The notes beneath the pieces are model-generated. The model was not told the DNA's origin. It saw only the letters and a list, made by a program, of their open reading frames with translations, and searched no databases. A DNA stretch of 64,000 nucleotides, taken from positions 439,890,001 to 439,954,000 of the forward strand of contig OZ024740.1 in NCBI GenBank assembly GCA_964016885.1. Reading direction: 5' to 3'. Position numbers and translations under genes: made by a program. The DNA comes from Eledone cirrhosa (Eukaryota). Below are positions 30,801-48,400 of the stretch, one piece after another (position 1 is the stretch's first letter; each line of letters starts with the position of its first letter).

Positions 30801-33240
30801 AATAACACCACAAATCTGACATCTATACAATAATACCACATGTCTGACATCTATAAAAATAATACCACATGTCTGACATCTATACAATAATACCACATGT
30901 CTGACATCTATATAATAACACCACAAGTCTGACATCTATATAATAACACCACATGTCTGACATCTATATAATAACACCGCATGTGACATCTATATAATAA
31001 CACCACATGTCTGACAACTATAAATTAACACCACATGTCTGACATCTATATAATAACACCACAAGTCTGACTTCTATATAATAACACCACAAGTCTGACA
31101 TCTATATAATAACACCACAAGTCTGACATCTATATAATAACACCACATGTCTGATATCTATATAATAACACCACAATTCTGACATCTATATAATAACACC
31201 ACATGTCTGACATCTATATAATAACACCACATGCATGACATCTATATAATAACACATGTCTGACATCTATATAATAACACCATATGTCTGACATCTATAT
31301 AATAACACCACATGTGACATCTATATAATAACACCACACGCCTGACATCTATATAATAACACCATATGTCTGACATCTATATAATAACACCAGAAGTCTG
31401 ACATCTATTTAATAACACCACAAGTCTGACATCTATACAATAATATCACATGTCTGACATCTATATAATAACACCAGATGTCTGACATCTATATAATAAC
31501 ACCACATGTGAGATATATATAATAACACCACATGTATGACATCTATATAATAACACCACATGTCTGGCATCTATATAATAACACCACATGTCTGACAACT
31601 ATATAATAACAGCACATGTCTGACATCTATATAATAGCATCACATGTCTGACATCTATACAATAACACCACATGTCTGACATCTATATAATAACACCACA
31701 AGTCTGACATCTATATAATAACACCACAAGTCTGACATCTATATAATAACACCACAAGTCTGACATCTATACAATAATACCACATGTCTGACATCTATAT
31801 AATAACACCACAGGTATGACATCTATATAATAACACCACATGTGACATCTATGTAATAACACCACATGTCTGACATCTATAAATTAACACCACATGTCTG
31901 ACATCTATATAATAACACCACATGTGTGACATCTATATAATAACACCACAAGTCTGACATCTATATGATAACGCCACAAATCTGACATCTATATAATAAC
32001 ACCACATGTCTGACATCTATATAATAGCATCACAATTCTGACATCTATATAAAAACACCACATGTCTGACATCTATATAATAACACCACATGTATGACAT
32101 CTATATAATAACACAACATGTCTGACATATATATAATAACCCCAGATGTCTGACATCTATATAATAACACATGTCTGACATCTATATAATAACAGCACAT
32201 GTCAGACATCTATATAATAACACCACAAGTCTGACATCTATATAATAACACCACATGTCTGACATCTATATAATAACACCACATGTGACATCTATATAAT
32301 AACACCAAATGTCTGACATCTATATAACAACACCACATGTCTGACATCTATATAATAACACCACATGTCTTACATCTATATAATAACACCACAAGTCTGA
32401 CATCTATATAATAACACCACAAGTCTGAGATCTATACAATAATACCAGATGTCTGACATCTATATAATAACACCACATGTCTGACTTCTATATAATAACA
32501 CCACATGTCTGACATCTATATAATAACAGCACATATCTGACATCTATATAATAGCACCACATGTCTAACATCTATACAATAACACCACATGCCTGACATC
32601 TATATAATAACAGCACAAGTCTGACAACTATATAATAATACCACAAGTGTGACATCTAAATAATAACACCACAAGTCTAACATCTATACAATAATACCAC
32701 ATGTCTGATATCTATATAATAACACCACAATTCTGACATCTATATAATAACACCACATGTTTGACATCTATATAATAACACTGCATGTGACATCTATATA
32801 ATATAACCACATGTCTGACAACTATAAATTAACACCACATGTCTGACATCTATATAATAACACCACAAGTCTGACATCTATATAATAACACCACAAGTCT
32901 GAGATCTATATAATAACACCACAAGTCTGACATCTATATAATAACACCACATGTCTGATATCTATATAATAACACCACAAGTCTGACATCTATACAATAA
33001 CACAACATGTCTGACATCTATATAATAACACCACATGTCTGACATCCATATAATAACACCACATGTCTGACATCTATACAATATCACCACATGTCTGACA
33101 TCTATATAATAACACCACAAGTCTGACATCTATATAATAACACCACAAGTCTGACATCTATATAATAACACCACATGTCTGACATCTATACAATAACACC
33201 ACATGTCTGACATCTATATAATAACACCACAAGTCTGACA
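18840..33240 (+). repeat. Higher-order repeat, period 2,949 bp (106 monomers): three full copies, a fourth with an internal deletion, and a partial fifth
   Basis: The marker gcc of tctgccatc is at 18964, 21913, 24862, 27811, 30538. The marker cgcctg is at 19765, 22714, 25663, 28612, 31339. Both give spacings 2949, 2949, 2949, 2727. The length is accounted for by 96x28 + 7x26 + 2x25 + 1x29 = 2949. Confidence 0.95.
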
Positions 33241-34760
33241 TCTATATAATAACACCACAAGTCTGACATCTATATAATAACACCACAAGTCTGACATCTA
33301 TACAATAATACCACATGTCTGACATCTATATAATAACACCACAGGTATGACATCTATATAATAACACCACATGTGACATCTATGTAATAACACCACATGT
33401 CTGACATCTATAAATTAACACCACATGTCTGACATCTATATAATAACACCACATGTGTGACATCTATATAATAACACCACAAGTCTGACATCTATATGAT
33501 AACGCCACAAATCTGACATCTATATAATAACACCACATGTCTGACATCTATATAATAGCATCACAATTCTGACATCTATATAAAAACACCACATGTCTGA
33601 CATCTATATAATAACACCACATGTATGACATCTATATAATAACACAACATGTCTGACATATATATAATAACCCCAGATGTCTGACATCTATATAATAACA
33701 CATGTCTGACATCTATATAATAACAGCACATGTCAGACATCTATATAATAACACCACAAGTCTGACATCTATATAATAACACCACATGTCTGACATCTAT
33801 ATAATAACACCACATGTGACATCTATATAATAACACCAAATGTCTGACATCTATATAACAACACCACATGTCTGACATCTATATAATAACACCACATGTC
33901 TGACATCTATATAATAACACCACAAGTCTGACATCTATATAATAACACCACAAGTCTGAGATCTATACAATAATACCAGATGTCTGACATCTATATAATA
34001 ACACCACATGTCTGACTTCTATATAATAACACCACATGTCTGACATCTATATAATAACAGCACATATCTGACATCTATATAATAGCACCACATGTCTAAC
34101 ATCTATACAATAACACCACATGCCTGACATCTATATAATAACAGCACAAGTCTGACAACTATATAATAATACCACAAGTGTGACATCTAAATAATAACAC
34201 CACAAGTCTAACATCTATACAATAATACCACATGTCTGATATCTATATAATAACACCACAATTCTGACATCTATATAATAACACCACATGTTTGACATCT
34301 ATATAATAACACTGCATGTGACATCTATATAATATAACCACATGTCTGACAACTATAAATTAACACCACATGTCTGACATCTATATAATAACACCACAAG
34401 TCTGACATCTATATAATAACACCACAAGTCTGAGATCTATATAATAACACCACAAGTCTGACATCTATATCATAACACCACATGTCTGATATCTATATAA
34501 TAACACCACAAGTCTGACATCTATACAATAACACAACATGTCTGACATCTATATAATAACACCACATGTCTGACATCCATATAATAACACCACATGTCTG
34601 ACATCTATACAATATCACCACATGTCTGACATCTATATAATAACACCACAAGTCTGACATCTATATAATAACACCACAAGTCTGACATCTATATAATAAC
34701 ACCACATGTCTGACATCTATACAATAACACCACATGTCTGACATCTATATAATAACACCA
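31690..34760 (+). repeat. Tandem duplication of part of the HOR, period 1,531 bp (55 monomers)
   Basis: The g of tatgataacgcc is at 31967 and 33498. gcatcacaatt is at 32027 and 33558. Both copies share the catgcctg variant (~32590, ~34121). Confidence 0.9.
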
Positions 34761-37700
34761 CAAGTCTGACATCTATATAATAACACCGCATGTCTGACAA
34801 CTATATAATAAGAGCACATGTCTGACATCTATCTAATAGCATCAGATGTCTTACATCTATATAATAACACCACAAGTCTGACATCTATATAATAACACCA
34901 CATGTCTGACATCTATATAATAACACCACATGTGACATCTATATAATAACACCAAATGTCTGACATCTATATAACAACACCACATGTCTGACATCTATAT
35001 AATAACACCACATGTCTGACATCTATATATTAACACCACATGTCTGCCATCTATATAATAACACCAGTTGTCTGGCATCTATATAATAACACCACATGTC
35101 TGATATTTATACAATAACACCACATGTCTGACATCTATATAATAACACCACAAGTCTGACATCTATATAATAACACCACAAGTCTGACATCTATACAATA
35201 ATACCACATGTCTGACATCTATAAAAATAATACCACATGTCTGACATCTATACAATAATACCACATGTCTGACATCTATATAATAACACCACAAGTCTGA
35301 CATCTATATAATAACACCACATGTCTGACATCTATATAATAACACCGCATGTGACATCTATATAATAACACCACATGTCTGACAACTATAAATTAACACC
35401 ACATGTCTGACATCTATATAATAACACCACAAGTCTGACATCTATATAATAACACCACAAGTCTGACATCTATATAATAACACCACATGTCTGATATCTA
35501 TATATTAACACCACAATTCTGACATCTATATAATAACACCACATGTCTGACATCTATATAATAACACCACATGCATGACATCTATATAATAACACATGTC
35601 TGACATCTATATAATAACACCATATGTCTGACATCTATATAATAACACCACATGTGACATCTATATAATAACACCACACGCCTGACATCTATATAATAAC
35701 ACCATATGTCTGACATCTATATAATAACACCAGAAGTCTGACATCTATTTAATAACACCACAAGTCTGACATCTATACAATAATATCACATGTCTGACAT
35801 CTATATAATAACACCAGATGTCTGACATCTATATAATAACACCACATGTGACATATATATAATAACACCACATGTCTGACATCTATATAATAACACCACA
35901 TGTCTGGCATCTATATAATAACACCACATGTCTGACAACTATATAATAACAGCACATGTCTGACATCTATATAATAGCATCACATATCTGACATCTATAC
36001 AATAACACCACATGTCTGACATCTATATAATAACACCACAAGTCTGACATCTATATAATAACACCACAAGTCTGACATCTATATAATAACACCACAAGTC
36101 TGACATCTATACAATAATACCACATGTCTGACATCTATATAATAACACCACAGGTATGACATCTATATAATAACACCACAGGTATGACATCTATGTAATA
36201 ACACCACATGTCTGACATCTATAAATTAACACCACATGTCTGACATCTATATAATAACACCACATGTGTGACATCTATATAATAACACCACAAGTCTGAC
36301 ATCTATATAATAACGCCACAAATCTGACATCTATATAATAACACCACATGTCTGACATCTATATAATAGCACCACAATTCTGACATCTATATAAAAACAC
36401 CACATGTCTGACATCTATATAATAAAACCACATGTATGACATCTATATAATAACACAACATGTCTGACATATATATAATAACCCCAGATGTCTGACATCT
36501 ATATAATAACACATGTCTGACATCTATATAATAACAGCACATGTCAGACATCTATATAATAACACCACAAGTCTGACATCTATATAATAACACCACATGT
36601 CTGACATCTATATAATAACACCACATGTGACATCTATATAATAACACCAAATGTCTGACATCTATATAACAACACCACATGTCTGACATCTATATAATAA
36701 CACCACATGTCTGACATCTATATAATAACACCACAAGTCTGACATCTATATAATAACACCACAAGTCTGAGATCTATACAATAATACCAGATGTCTGACA
36801 TCTATATAATAACACCACATGTCTGACTTCTATATAATAAGACCACATGTCTGACATCTATATAATAACAGCACATATCTGACATCTATATAATAGCACC
36901 ACATGTCTAACATCTATACAATAACACCACATGTCTGACATCTATATAATAACAGCACAAGTCTGACAACTATATAATAATACCACAAGTGTGACATCTA
37001 AATAATAACACCACAAGTCTAACATCTATACAATAATACCACATGTCTGATATCTATATAATAACACCACAATTCTGACATCTATATAATAACACCACAT
37101 GTTTGACATCTATATAATAACACTGCATGTGACATCTATATAATAAAACCACATGTCTGACAACTATAAATTAACACATGTCTGACATCTATATAATAAC
37201 ACCACAAGTCTGACATCTATATAATAACACCACAAGTCTGAGATCTATATAATAACACCACAAGTCTGACATCTATACAATAACACAACATGTCTGACAT
37301 CTATATAATAACACCACATGTCTGACATCCATATAATAACACCACATGTCTGACATCTATACAATATCACCACATGTCTGACATCTATATAATAACACCA
37401 CAATCTGACATCTATATAATAACACCACAAGTCTGACATCTATATAATAACACCACATGTCTGACATCTATACAATAACACCACATGTCTGACATCTATA
37501 TAATAACACCACAAGTCTGACATCTATATAATAACACCGCATGTCTGACAACTATATAATAAGAGCACATGTCTGACATCTATATAATAGCATCAGATGT
37601 CTGATATCTATACAATAACACCACATGTCTGACATCTATATAATAACACCACAAGTCTGACATCTATATAATAACACCACAAGTGACATCTATATAATAA

Positions 37701-40669
37701 CACCGCATGTCTGACAACTATATAATAACAGCACATGTCTGACATCTATATAATAGCATCACATGTCTGACATCTATACAATAACACCACATGTCTTACA
37801 TCTATATAATAACACCACAAGTCTGACATCTATACAATAATACCACATGTCTGACATCTATATAATAACACCACATGTCTGACATATATATAATAACACC
37901 ACATGTGACATCTATATAATAACACCACATGTCTGACATCTATAAATTAACACCACATGTCTGACATCTATATAATAAGACCACAAGTCTGACATCTATA
38001 TAATAACACCACAAGTCTGACATCTATATAATAACACAACATGTCTGACATCTATATAATAGCACCACAATTCTGACATCTACATAACAACACCACATGT
38101 ATGACATCTATATAATAACACCACATGTATGACATCTATATAATAACACATGTCTGACATCTATATAATAACCTCAGATGTCTGACATCTATATAATAAC
38201 ACAACATGTCTGACATCTATATAATTACACCACAAATCTGACTTCTATATAATAACACCACATGTCTGACATCTATATAATAACAGCACATGTCTGACAT
38301 CTATATAATAGCACCACATGTCTGATATTTATACAATAACACCACATGTCTGACATCTATATAATAACACCACAAGTCTGACATCTATATAATAACACCA
38401 CAAGTCTGACATCTATACAATAATACCACATGTCTGACATCTATACAATAATACCACATGTCTGACATCTATACAATAATACCACATGTCTGACATCTAT
38501 ATAATAACACCACAAGTCTGACATCTATATAATAACACCACATGTCTGACATCTATATAATAACACCGCATGTGACATCTATATAATAACACCACATGTC
38601 TGACAACTATAAATTAACACCACATGTCTGACATCTATATAATAACACCACAAGTCTGACTTCTATATAATAACACCACAAGTCTGACATCTATATAATA
38701 ACACCACAAGTCTGACATCTATATAATAACACCACATGTCTGATATCTATATAATAACACCACAATTCTGACATCTATATAATAACACCACATGTCTGAC
38801 ATCTATATAATAACACCACATGCATGACATCTATATAATTACACATGTCTGACATCTATATAATAACACCATAAGTCTGACATCTATATAATAACACCAC
38901 ATGTGACATCTATATAATAACACCACACGCCTGACATCTATATAATAACACCATATGTCTGACATCTATATAATAACACCAGAAGTCTGACATCTATTTA
39001 ATAACACCACAAGTCTGACATCTATACAATAATATCACATGTCTGACATCTATATAATAACACCAGATGTCTGACATCTATATAATAACACCACATGTGA
39101 CATATATATAATAACACCACATGTCTGACATCTATATAATAACACCACATGTCTGGCATCTATATAATAACACCACATGTCTGACAACTATATAATAACA
39201 GCACATGTCTGACATCTATATAATAGCATCACATGTCTGACATCTATACAATAACACCACATGTCTAACATCTATATAATAACACCACAAGTCTGACATC
39301 TATATAATAACACCACAAGTCTGACATCTATATAATAACACCACAAGTCTGACATCTATACAATAATACCACATGTCTGACATCTATATAATAACACCAC
39401 AGGTATGACATCTATATAATAACACCACATGTGACATCTATGTAATAACACCACATGTCTGACATCTATAAATTAACACCACATGTCTGACATCTATATA
39501 ATAACACCACATGTGTGACATCTATATAATAACACCACAAGTCTGACATCTATATAATAACGCCACAAATCTGACATCTATATAATAACACCACATGTCT
39601 GACATCTATATAATAGCACCACAATTCTGACATCTATATAAAAACACCACATGTCTGACATCTATATAATAACACCACATGTATGACATCTATATAATAA
39701 CACAACATGTCTGACATATATATAATAACCCCAGATGTCTGACATCTATATAATAACACATGTCTGACATCTATATAATAACAGCACATGTCAGACATCT
39801 ATATAATAACACCACAAGTCTGACATCTATATAATAACACCACATGTCTGACATCTATATAATAACACCACATGTGACATCTATATAATAACACCAAATG
39901 TCTGACATCTATATAACAACACCACATGTCTGACATCTATATAATAACACCACATGTCTGACATCTATATAATAACACCACAAGTCTGACATCTATATAA
40001 TAACACCACAAGTCTGAGATCTATACAATAATACCAGATGTCTGACATCTATATAATAACACCACATGTCTGACTTCTATATAATAAGACCACATGTCTG
40101 ACATCTATATAATAACAGCACATATCTGACATCTATATAATAGCACCACATGTCTAACATCTATACAATAACACCACATGTCTGACATCTATATAATAAC
40201 AGCACAAGTCTGACAACTATATAATAATACCACAAGTGTGACATCTAAATAATAACACCACAAGTCTAACATCTATACAATAATACCACATGTCTGATAT
40301 CTATATAATAACACCACAATTCTGACATCTATATAATAACACCACATGTTTGACATCTATATAATAACACTGCATGTGACATCTATATAATAAAACCACA
40401 TGTCTGACAACTATAAATTAACACCACATGTCTGACATCTATATAATAACACCACAAGTCTGACATCTATATAATAACACCACAAGTCTGAGATCTATAT
40501 AATAACACCACAAGTCTGACATCTATATAATAACACCACATGTCTGATATCTATATAATAACACCACAAGTCTGACATCTATACAATAACACAACATGTC
40601 TGACATCTATATAATAACACCACATGTCTGACATCCATATAATAACACCACATGTCTGACATCTATACA

Positions 40670-43600
40670 ATATCACCACATGTCTGACATCTATATAATA
40701 ACACCACAAGTCTGACATCTATATAATAACACCACAAGTCTGACATCTATATAATAACACCACATGTCTGACATCTATACAATAACACCACATGTCTGAC
40801 ATCTATATAATAACACCACAAGTCTGACATCTATATAATAACACCGCATGTCTGACAACTATATAATAAGAGCACATGTCTGACATCTATATAATAGCAT
40901 CAGATGTCTGATATCTATACAATAACACCACATGTCTGAGATCTATATAATAACACCACAAGTCTGACATCTATATAATAACACCACAAGTGACATCTAT
41001 ATAATAACACCGCATGTCTGACAACTATATAATAACAGCACATGTCTGACATCTATATAATAGCATCACATGTCTGACATCTATACAATAACACCACATG
41101 TCTTACATCTATATAATAACACCACAAGTCTGACATCTATACAATAATACCACATGTCTGACATCTATATAATAACACCACATGTCTGACATATATATAA
41201 TAACACCACATGTGACATCTATATAATAACACCACATGTCTGACATCTATATATTAACACCACATGTCTGACATCTATATAATAAGACCACAAGTCTGAC
41301 ATCTATATAATAACACCACAAGTCTGACATCTATATAATAACACAACATGTCTGACATCTATATAATAGCACCACAATTCTGACATCTACATAACAACAC
41401 CACATGTATGACATCTATATAATAACACCACATGTATGACATCTATATAATAACACATGTCTGACATCTATATAATAACCCCAGATGTCTGACATCTATA
41501 TAATAACACAACATGTCTGACATCTATATAATAACAGCACATGTCTGACATCTATATAATAACACCACAAGTCTGACATCTATATAATAACACCATATGT
41601 CTGACATCTATATAATAACACCACATGTGACATCTATATAATAACACCACATGTCTGACATCTATATAACAACACCACATGTCTGACATCTATATAATAA
41701 CACCACATGTCTGACATCTATATAATAACACCACAAGTCTGACATCTATATAATAACACCACAAGTCTGAGATCTATACAATAATACCAGATGTCTGACA
41801 TATATATAATAACACCAGATGTCTGACATCTATATAATAACACCACATGTGACATCTATATAATAACACCACATGTCTGACATCTATAAATTAACACCAC
41901 ATGTCTGACATCTATATAATAATACCAGATGTCTGACATCTATATAATAACACCCCATGACTGACATCTATACAATAACACAACATTTCTGACATCTATA
42001 TAATAACACCACAAGTCTGACATCTGTATAATAACACCACAAGTCTGACATCTATATAATAACACCACATGTCTGACATCTATATAATAACACCACATGT
42101 CTGACATCTATATAATAATACCATATGTCTGACATCTATATAATAACACCACAAGTCTGACATCTATACAATAATACCACATGTCTGACATCTATATAAT
42201 AACACCTGTTGTCTGACATCTATATAATAACACCACAAGTCTGACATCTATACAATAACACAACATGTCTGACATCTATATAATAACACCACATGTCTGA
42301 CATCTATATAATAACACCACATGTCTGACATCTATATAATAACACCACATGTCTGACATCTATATAATAACAGCACATATCTGACATCTATATAATAGCA
42401 CCACATGTCTAACATCTATACAATAACACCACATGTCTGACATCTATATAATAACAGCACAAGTCTGACAACTATATAATAATACCACAAGTGTGACATC
42501 TAAATAATAACACCACAAGTCTAACATCTATACAATAATACCACATGTCTGATATCTATATAATAACACCACAATTCTGACATCTATATAATAACACCAC
42601 ATGTTTGACATCTATATAATAACACTGCATGTGACATCTATATAATAAAACCACATGTCTGACAACTATAAATTAACACCACATGTCTGACATCTATATA
42701 ATAACACCACAAGTCTGACATCTATATAATAACACCACAAGTCTGACATCTATACAATATCACCACATGTCTGACATCTATATAATAACACCACAAGTCT
42801 GACATCTATATAATAACACCACAAGTCTGACATCTATATAATAACACCACATGTCTGACATCTATACAATAACACCACATGTCTGACATCTATATAATAA
42901 CACCACAAGTCTGACATCTATATAATAACACCGCATGTCTGACAACTATATAATAAGAGCACATGTCTGACATCTATATAATAGCATCAGATGTCTGATA
43001 TCTATACAATAACACCACATGTCTGAGATCTATATAATAACACCACAAGTCTGACATCTATATAATAACACCACAAGTGACATCTATATAATAACACCGC
43101 ATGTCTGACAACTATATAATAACAGCACATGTCTGACATCTATATAATAGCATCACATGTCTGACATCTATACAATAACACCACATGTCTTACATCTATA
43201 TAATAACACCACAAGTCTGACATCTATACAATAATACCACATGTCTGACATCTATATAATAACACCACATGTCTGACATATATATAATAACACCACATGT
43301 GACATCTATATAATAACACCACATGTCTGACATCTATATATTAACACCACATGTCTGACATCTATATAATAAGACCACAAGTCTGACATCTATATAATAA
43401 CACCACAAGTCTGACATCTATATAATAACACAACATGTCTGACATCTATATAATAGCACCACAATTCTGACATCTACATAACAACACCACATGTATGACA
43501 TCTATATAATAACACCACATGTATGACATCTATATAATAACACATGTCTGACATCTATATAATAACCCCAGATGTCTGACATCTATATAATAACACAACA

Positions 43601-44420
43601 TGTCTGACATCTATATAATAACAGCACATGTCTGACATCTATATAATAACACCACAAGTCTGACATCTATATAATAACACCATATGTCTGAAATCTATAT
43701 AATAACACCACATGTGACATCTATATAATAACACCACATGTCTGACATCTATATAACAACACCACATGTCTGACATCTATATAATAACACCACATGTCTG
43801 ACATCTATATAATAACACCACAAGTCTGACATCTATATAATAACACCACAAGTCTGAGATCTATACAATAATACCAGATGTCTGACATATATATAATAAC
43901 ACCAGATGTCTGACATCTATATAATAACACCACATGTGACATCTATATAATAACACCACATGTCTGACATCTATATAATAATACCAGATGTCTGACATCT
44001 ATATAATAACACCCCATGACTGACATCTATACAATAACACAACATTTCTGACATCTATATAATAACACCACAAGTCTGACATCTGTATAATAACACGACA
44101 AGTCTGACATCTATATAATAACACCACATGTCTGACATCTATATAATAACACCACATGTCTGACATCTATATAATAATACCATATGTCTGACATCTATAT
44201 AATAACACCACAAGTCTGACATCTATACAATAATACCACATGTCTGACATCTATATAATAACACCTGTTGTCTGACATCTATATAATAACACCACAAGTC
44301 TGACATCTATACAATAACACAACATGTCTGACATCTATATAATAACACCACATGTCTGACATCTATATAATAACACCACATGTCTGACATCTATATAATA
44401 ACACCACATGTCTGACATCT
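40670..44420 (+). repeat. Block duplication, offset 2,087 bp (2,059 after loss of one monomer)
   Basis: catgtctgag is at 40931 and 43018. ccccatgactg is at 41953 and 44012. caacatttctg is in both copies. Confidence 0.88.
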
Positions 44421-45479
44421 ATATAATAACAGCACATGTCTGACATCTATATAATAGCACCACATGTCTGATATCTATACAATAACACCACATGTCTGAC
44501 ATCTATATAATAACACCACAAGTCTGACATCTATATAATAACACCACAAGTCTGACATCTATACAATAATACCACATGTCTGACATCTATACAATAATAC
44601 CACATGTCTGACATCTATACAATAATACCACATGTCTGACATCTATATAATAACACCACAAGTCTGACATCTATATAATAACACCACATGTCTGACATCT
44701 ATATAATAACACCGCATGTGGCATCTATATAATAACACCACATGTCTGACAACTATAAATTAACACCACATGTCTGACATCTATATAATAACACCACAAG
44801 TCTGACTTCTATATAATAACACCACAAGTCTGACATCTATATAATAACACCACAAGTCTGAGATCTATACAATAATACCAGATGTCTGACATCTATATAA
44901 TAACACCACATGTCTGACTTCTATATAATAACACCACATGTCTGACATCTATATAATAACAGCACATATCTGACATCTATATAATAGCACCACATGTCTA
45001 ACATCTATACAATAACACCACATGTCTGACATCTATATAATAACAGCACAAGTCTGACAACTATATAATAATACCACAAGTGTGACATCTAAATAATAAC
45101 ACCACAAGTCTAACATCTATACAATAATACCACATGTCTGATATCTATATAATAACACCACAATTCTGACATCTATATAATAACACCACATGTCTGACAT
45201 CTATATAATAACACCGCATGTGACATCTATATAATAACACCACATGTCTGACATCTATAAATTAACACCACATGTCTGACATCTATATAATAAGACCACA
45301 AGTCTGACATCTATATAGTAACACCACAAGTCTGACATCTATATAATAACACCACAAGTCTGACATATATATAATAACACCACATGTCTGACATATATAT
45401 AATAGCACCACAATTCTGACATCTACATAACAACACCACATGTATGACATCTATATAATAACACCACATGTATGACATC

Positions 45480-48400
45480 TATATAATAACACCACATGTA
45501 TGACATCTATATAATAACACATGTCTGACATCTATATAATAACACCAGATGTCTGACATCTATATAATAACACCACATGTGACATCTATATAATAACACC
45601 ACACGTCTGACATCTATATAATAACACCATATGTCTGACATCTATATAATAACACCAGAAGTCTGACATCTATTTAATAACACCACAAGTCTGACATCTA
45701 AACAATATTATCACATATCTGACATCTATATAATAACACCAGATGTCTGACATCTATATAATAACACCACATGTGACATATATATAATAACACCACATGT
45801 CTGACATCTATATAATAACACCACATGTCTGGCATCTATATAATAACACCACATGTCTGACAACTATATAATAACAGCACATGTCTGACATCTATATAAT
45901 AGCATCACATGTCTGACATCTATACAATAACACCACATGTCTGACATCTATATAATAACACCACAAGTCTGACATCTATATAATAACACCACAAGTCTGA
46001 AATCTATATAATAACACCACAAATCTGAAATCTATATAATAACACCACAAATCTGACATCTATACAATAATACCACATGTCTGACATCTATATAATAACA
46101 CCACAGGTAAGACATCTATATAATAACACCACATGTGACATCTATATAATAGCACCACAATTCTGACATCTATATAACAACACCACATGTCTGACATCTA
46201 TATAATAACACCACATGTATGACATCTATATAATAACACAACATGTCTGACATATATATAATAACCCCAGATGTCTGACATCTATATAATAACACATGTC
46301 TGACATCTATATAATAACATCACAAGTCTGACATCTATATAATAACACCACATGTCTGACATCTATATAATAACACCACATGTGACATCTATATAATAAC
46401 ACCAAATGTCTGACATCTATATAATAACACCACAGGTAAGACATCTATATAATAACACCACATGTCTGACATCTATATAATAACACCACAAGTCTGACAT
46501 CTATATAATAACACCACAAGTCTGAGATCTATACAATAATACCAGATGTCTGACATCTATATAATAACACCACATGTCTGACTTCTATATAATAACACCA
46601 CATGTCTGACATCTATATAATAACAGCACATGTCTGACATCTATATAATAACACCACAAGTCTGACATCTATATAATAACACCACATGTCTGACATCTAT
46701 ATAATAACACCACATGTGACATCTATATAATAACACCACATGTCTGACAACTATATAATAACAGCACATGTCTGACATCTATATAATAGCATCACATGTC
46801 TGACATCTATACAATAACACCACATGTCTGACATCTATATAATAACACGACAAGTCTGACATCTATATAATAACACCACAAGTCTGAAATCTATATAATA
46901 ACACCACAAGTCTGACATCTATACAATAATACCACATGTCTGACATCTATATAATAACACCACAGGTAAGACATCTATATAATAACACCACATGTGACAT
47001 CTATATAATAACACCACATGTCTGACATCTATAAATTAACACCACATGTCTGACATCTATATAATAAGACCACAAGTCTGACATCTATATAATAACACCA
47101 CAAGTCTGACATCTATATAATAACACCACAAATCTGACATCTATATAATAACACCACATGTCTGACATCTATATAACAGCACCACAATTCTGACATCTAT
47201 ATAACAACACCACATGTCTGACATCTATATAATAACACCACATGTATGACATCTATATAATAACACAACATGTCTGACATATATATAATAACCCCAGATG
47301 TCTGACATCTATATAATAACACATGTCTGACATCTATATAATAACAGCACATGTCTGACATCTATATAATAACACCACAAGTCTGACATCTATATAATAA
47401 CACCACATGTCTGACATCTATATAATAACACCACATGTGACATCTATATAATAACACCAAATGTCTGACATCTATATAACAACACCACATGTCTGACATC
47501 TATATAATAACACCACATGTCTGACATCTATATAATAACACCACAAGTCTGACATCTATATAATAACACCACAAGTCTGAGATCTATACAATAATACCAG
47601 ATGTCTGACATCTATATAATAACACCACATGTCTGACTTCTATATAATAACACCACATGTCTGACATCTATATAATAACAGCACATGTCTGACATCTATA
47701 TAATAGCACCACATGTCTAACATCTATACAATAACACCACATATCTGACATCTATATAATAACAGCACAAGTCTGACAACTATATAATAATACCACAAGT
47801 GTGACATCTATATAATAACACCACATGTCTGATATCTATATAATAACACCACAATTCTGTCATCTATATAATAACACAACATGTCTGACCTCTATATAAT
47901 AACACCACATGTATGACATCTATATAATAACACCACATGTTTGACATCTATATAATAACACCGCATGTGACATCTATATAATAAAACCACATGTCTGACA
48001 ACTATAAATTAACACCACATGTCTGACATCTATATAATAACACCACAAGTCTGACATCTATATAATAACACCACAAGTCTGAGATCTATATAATAACACC
48101 ACATGTCTGACATATATATAATAGCACCACAATTCTGACATCTACATAACAACACCACATGTATGACATCTATATAATAACACCACATGTATGACATCTA
48201 TATAATAACACAACATGTCTGACATCTATATAATAACCACAGATGTCTGACATCTATATAATAACACAACATGTCTGACATCTATATAATAACACCACAT
48301 GTGACATCTATATAATAACACCACATGTCTGACATCTATATAACAACACCACATGTCTGACATCTATATAATAACACCACATGTCTGACATCTATATAAT

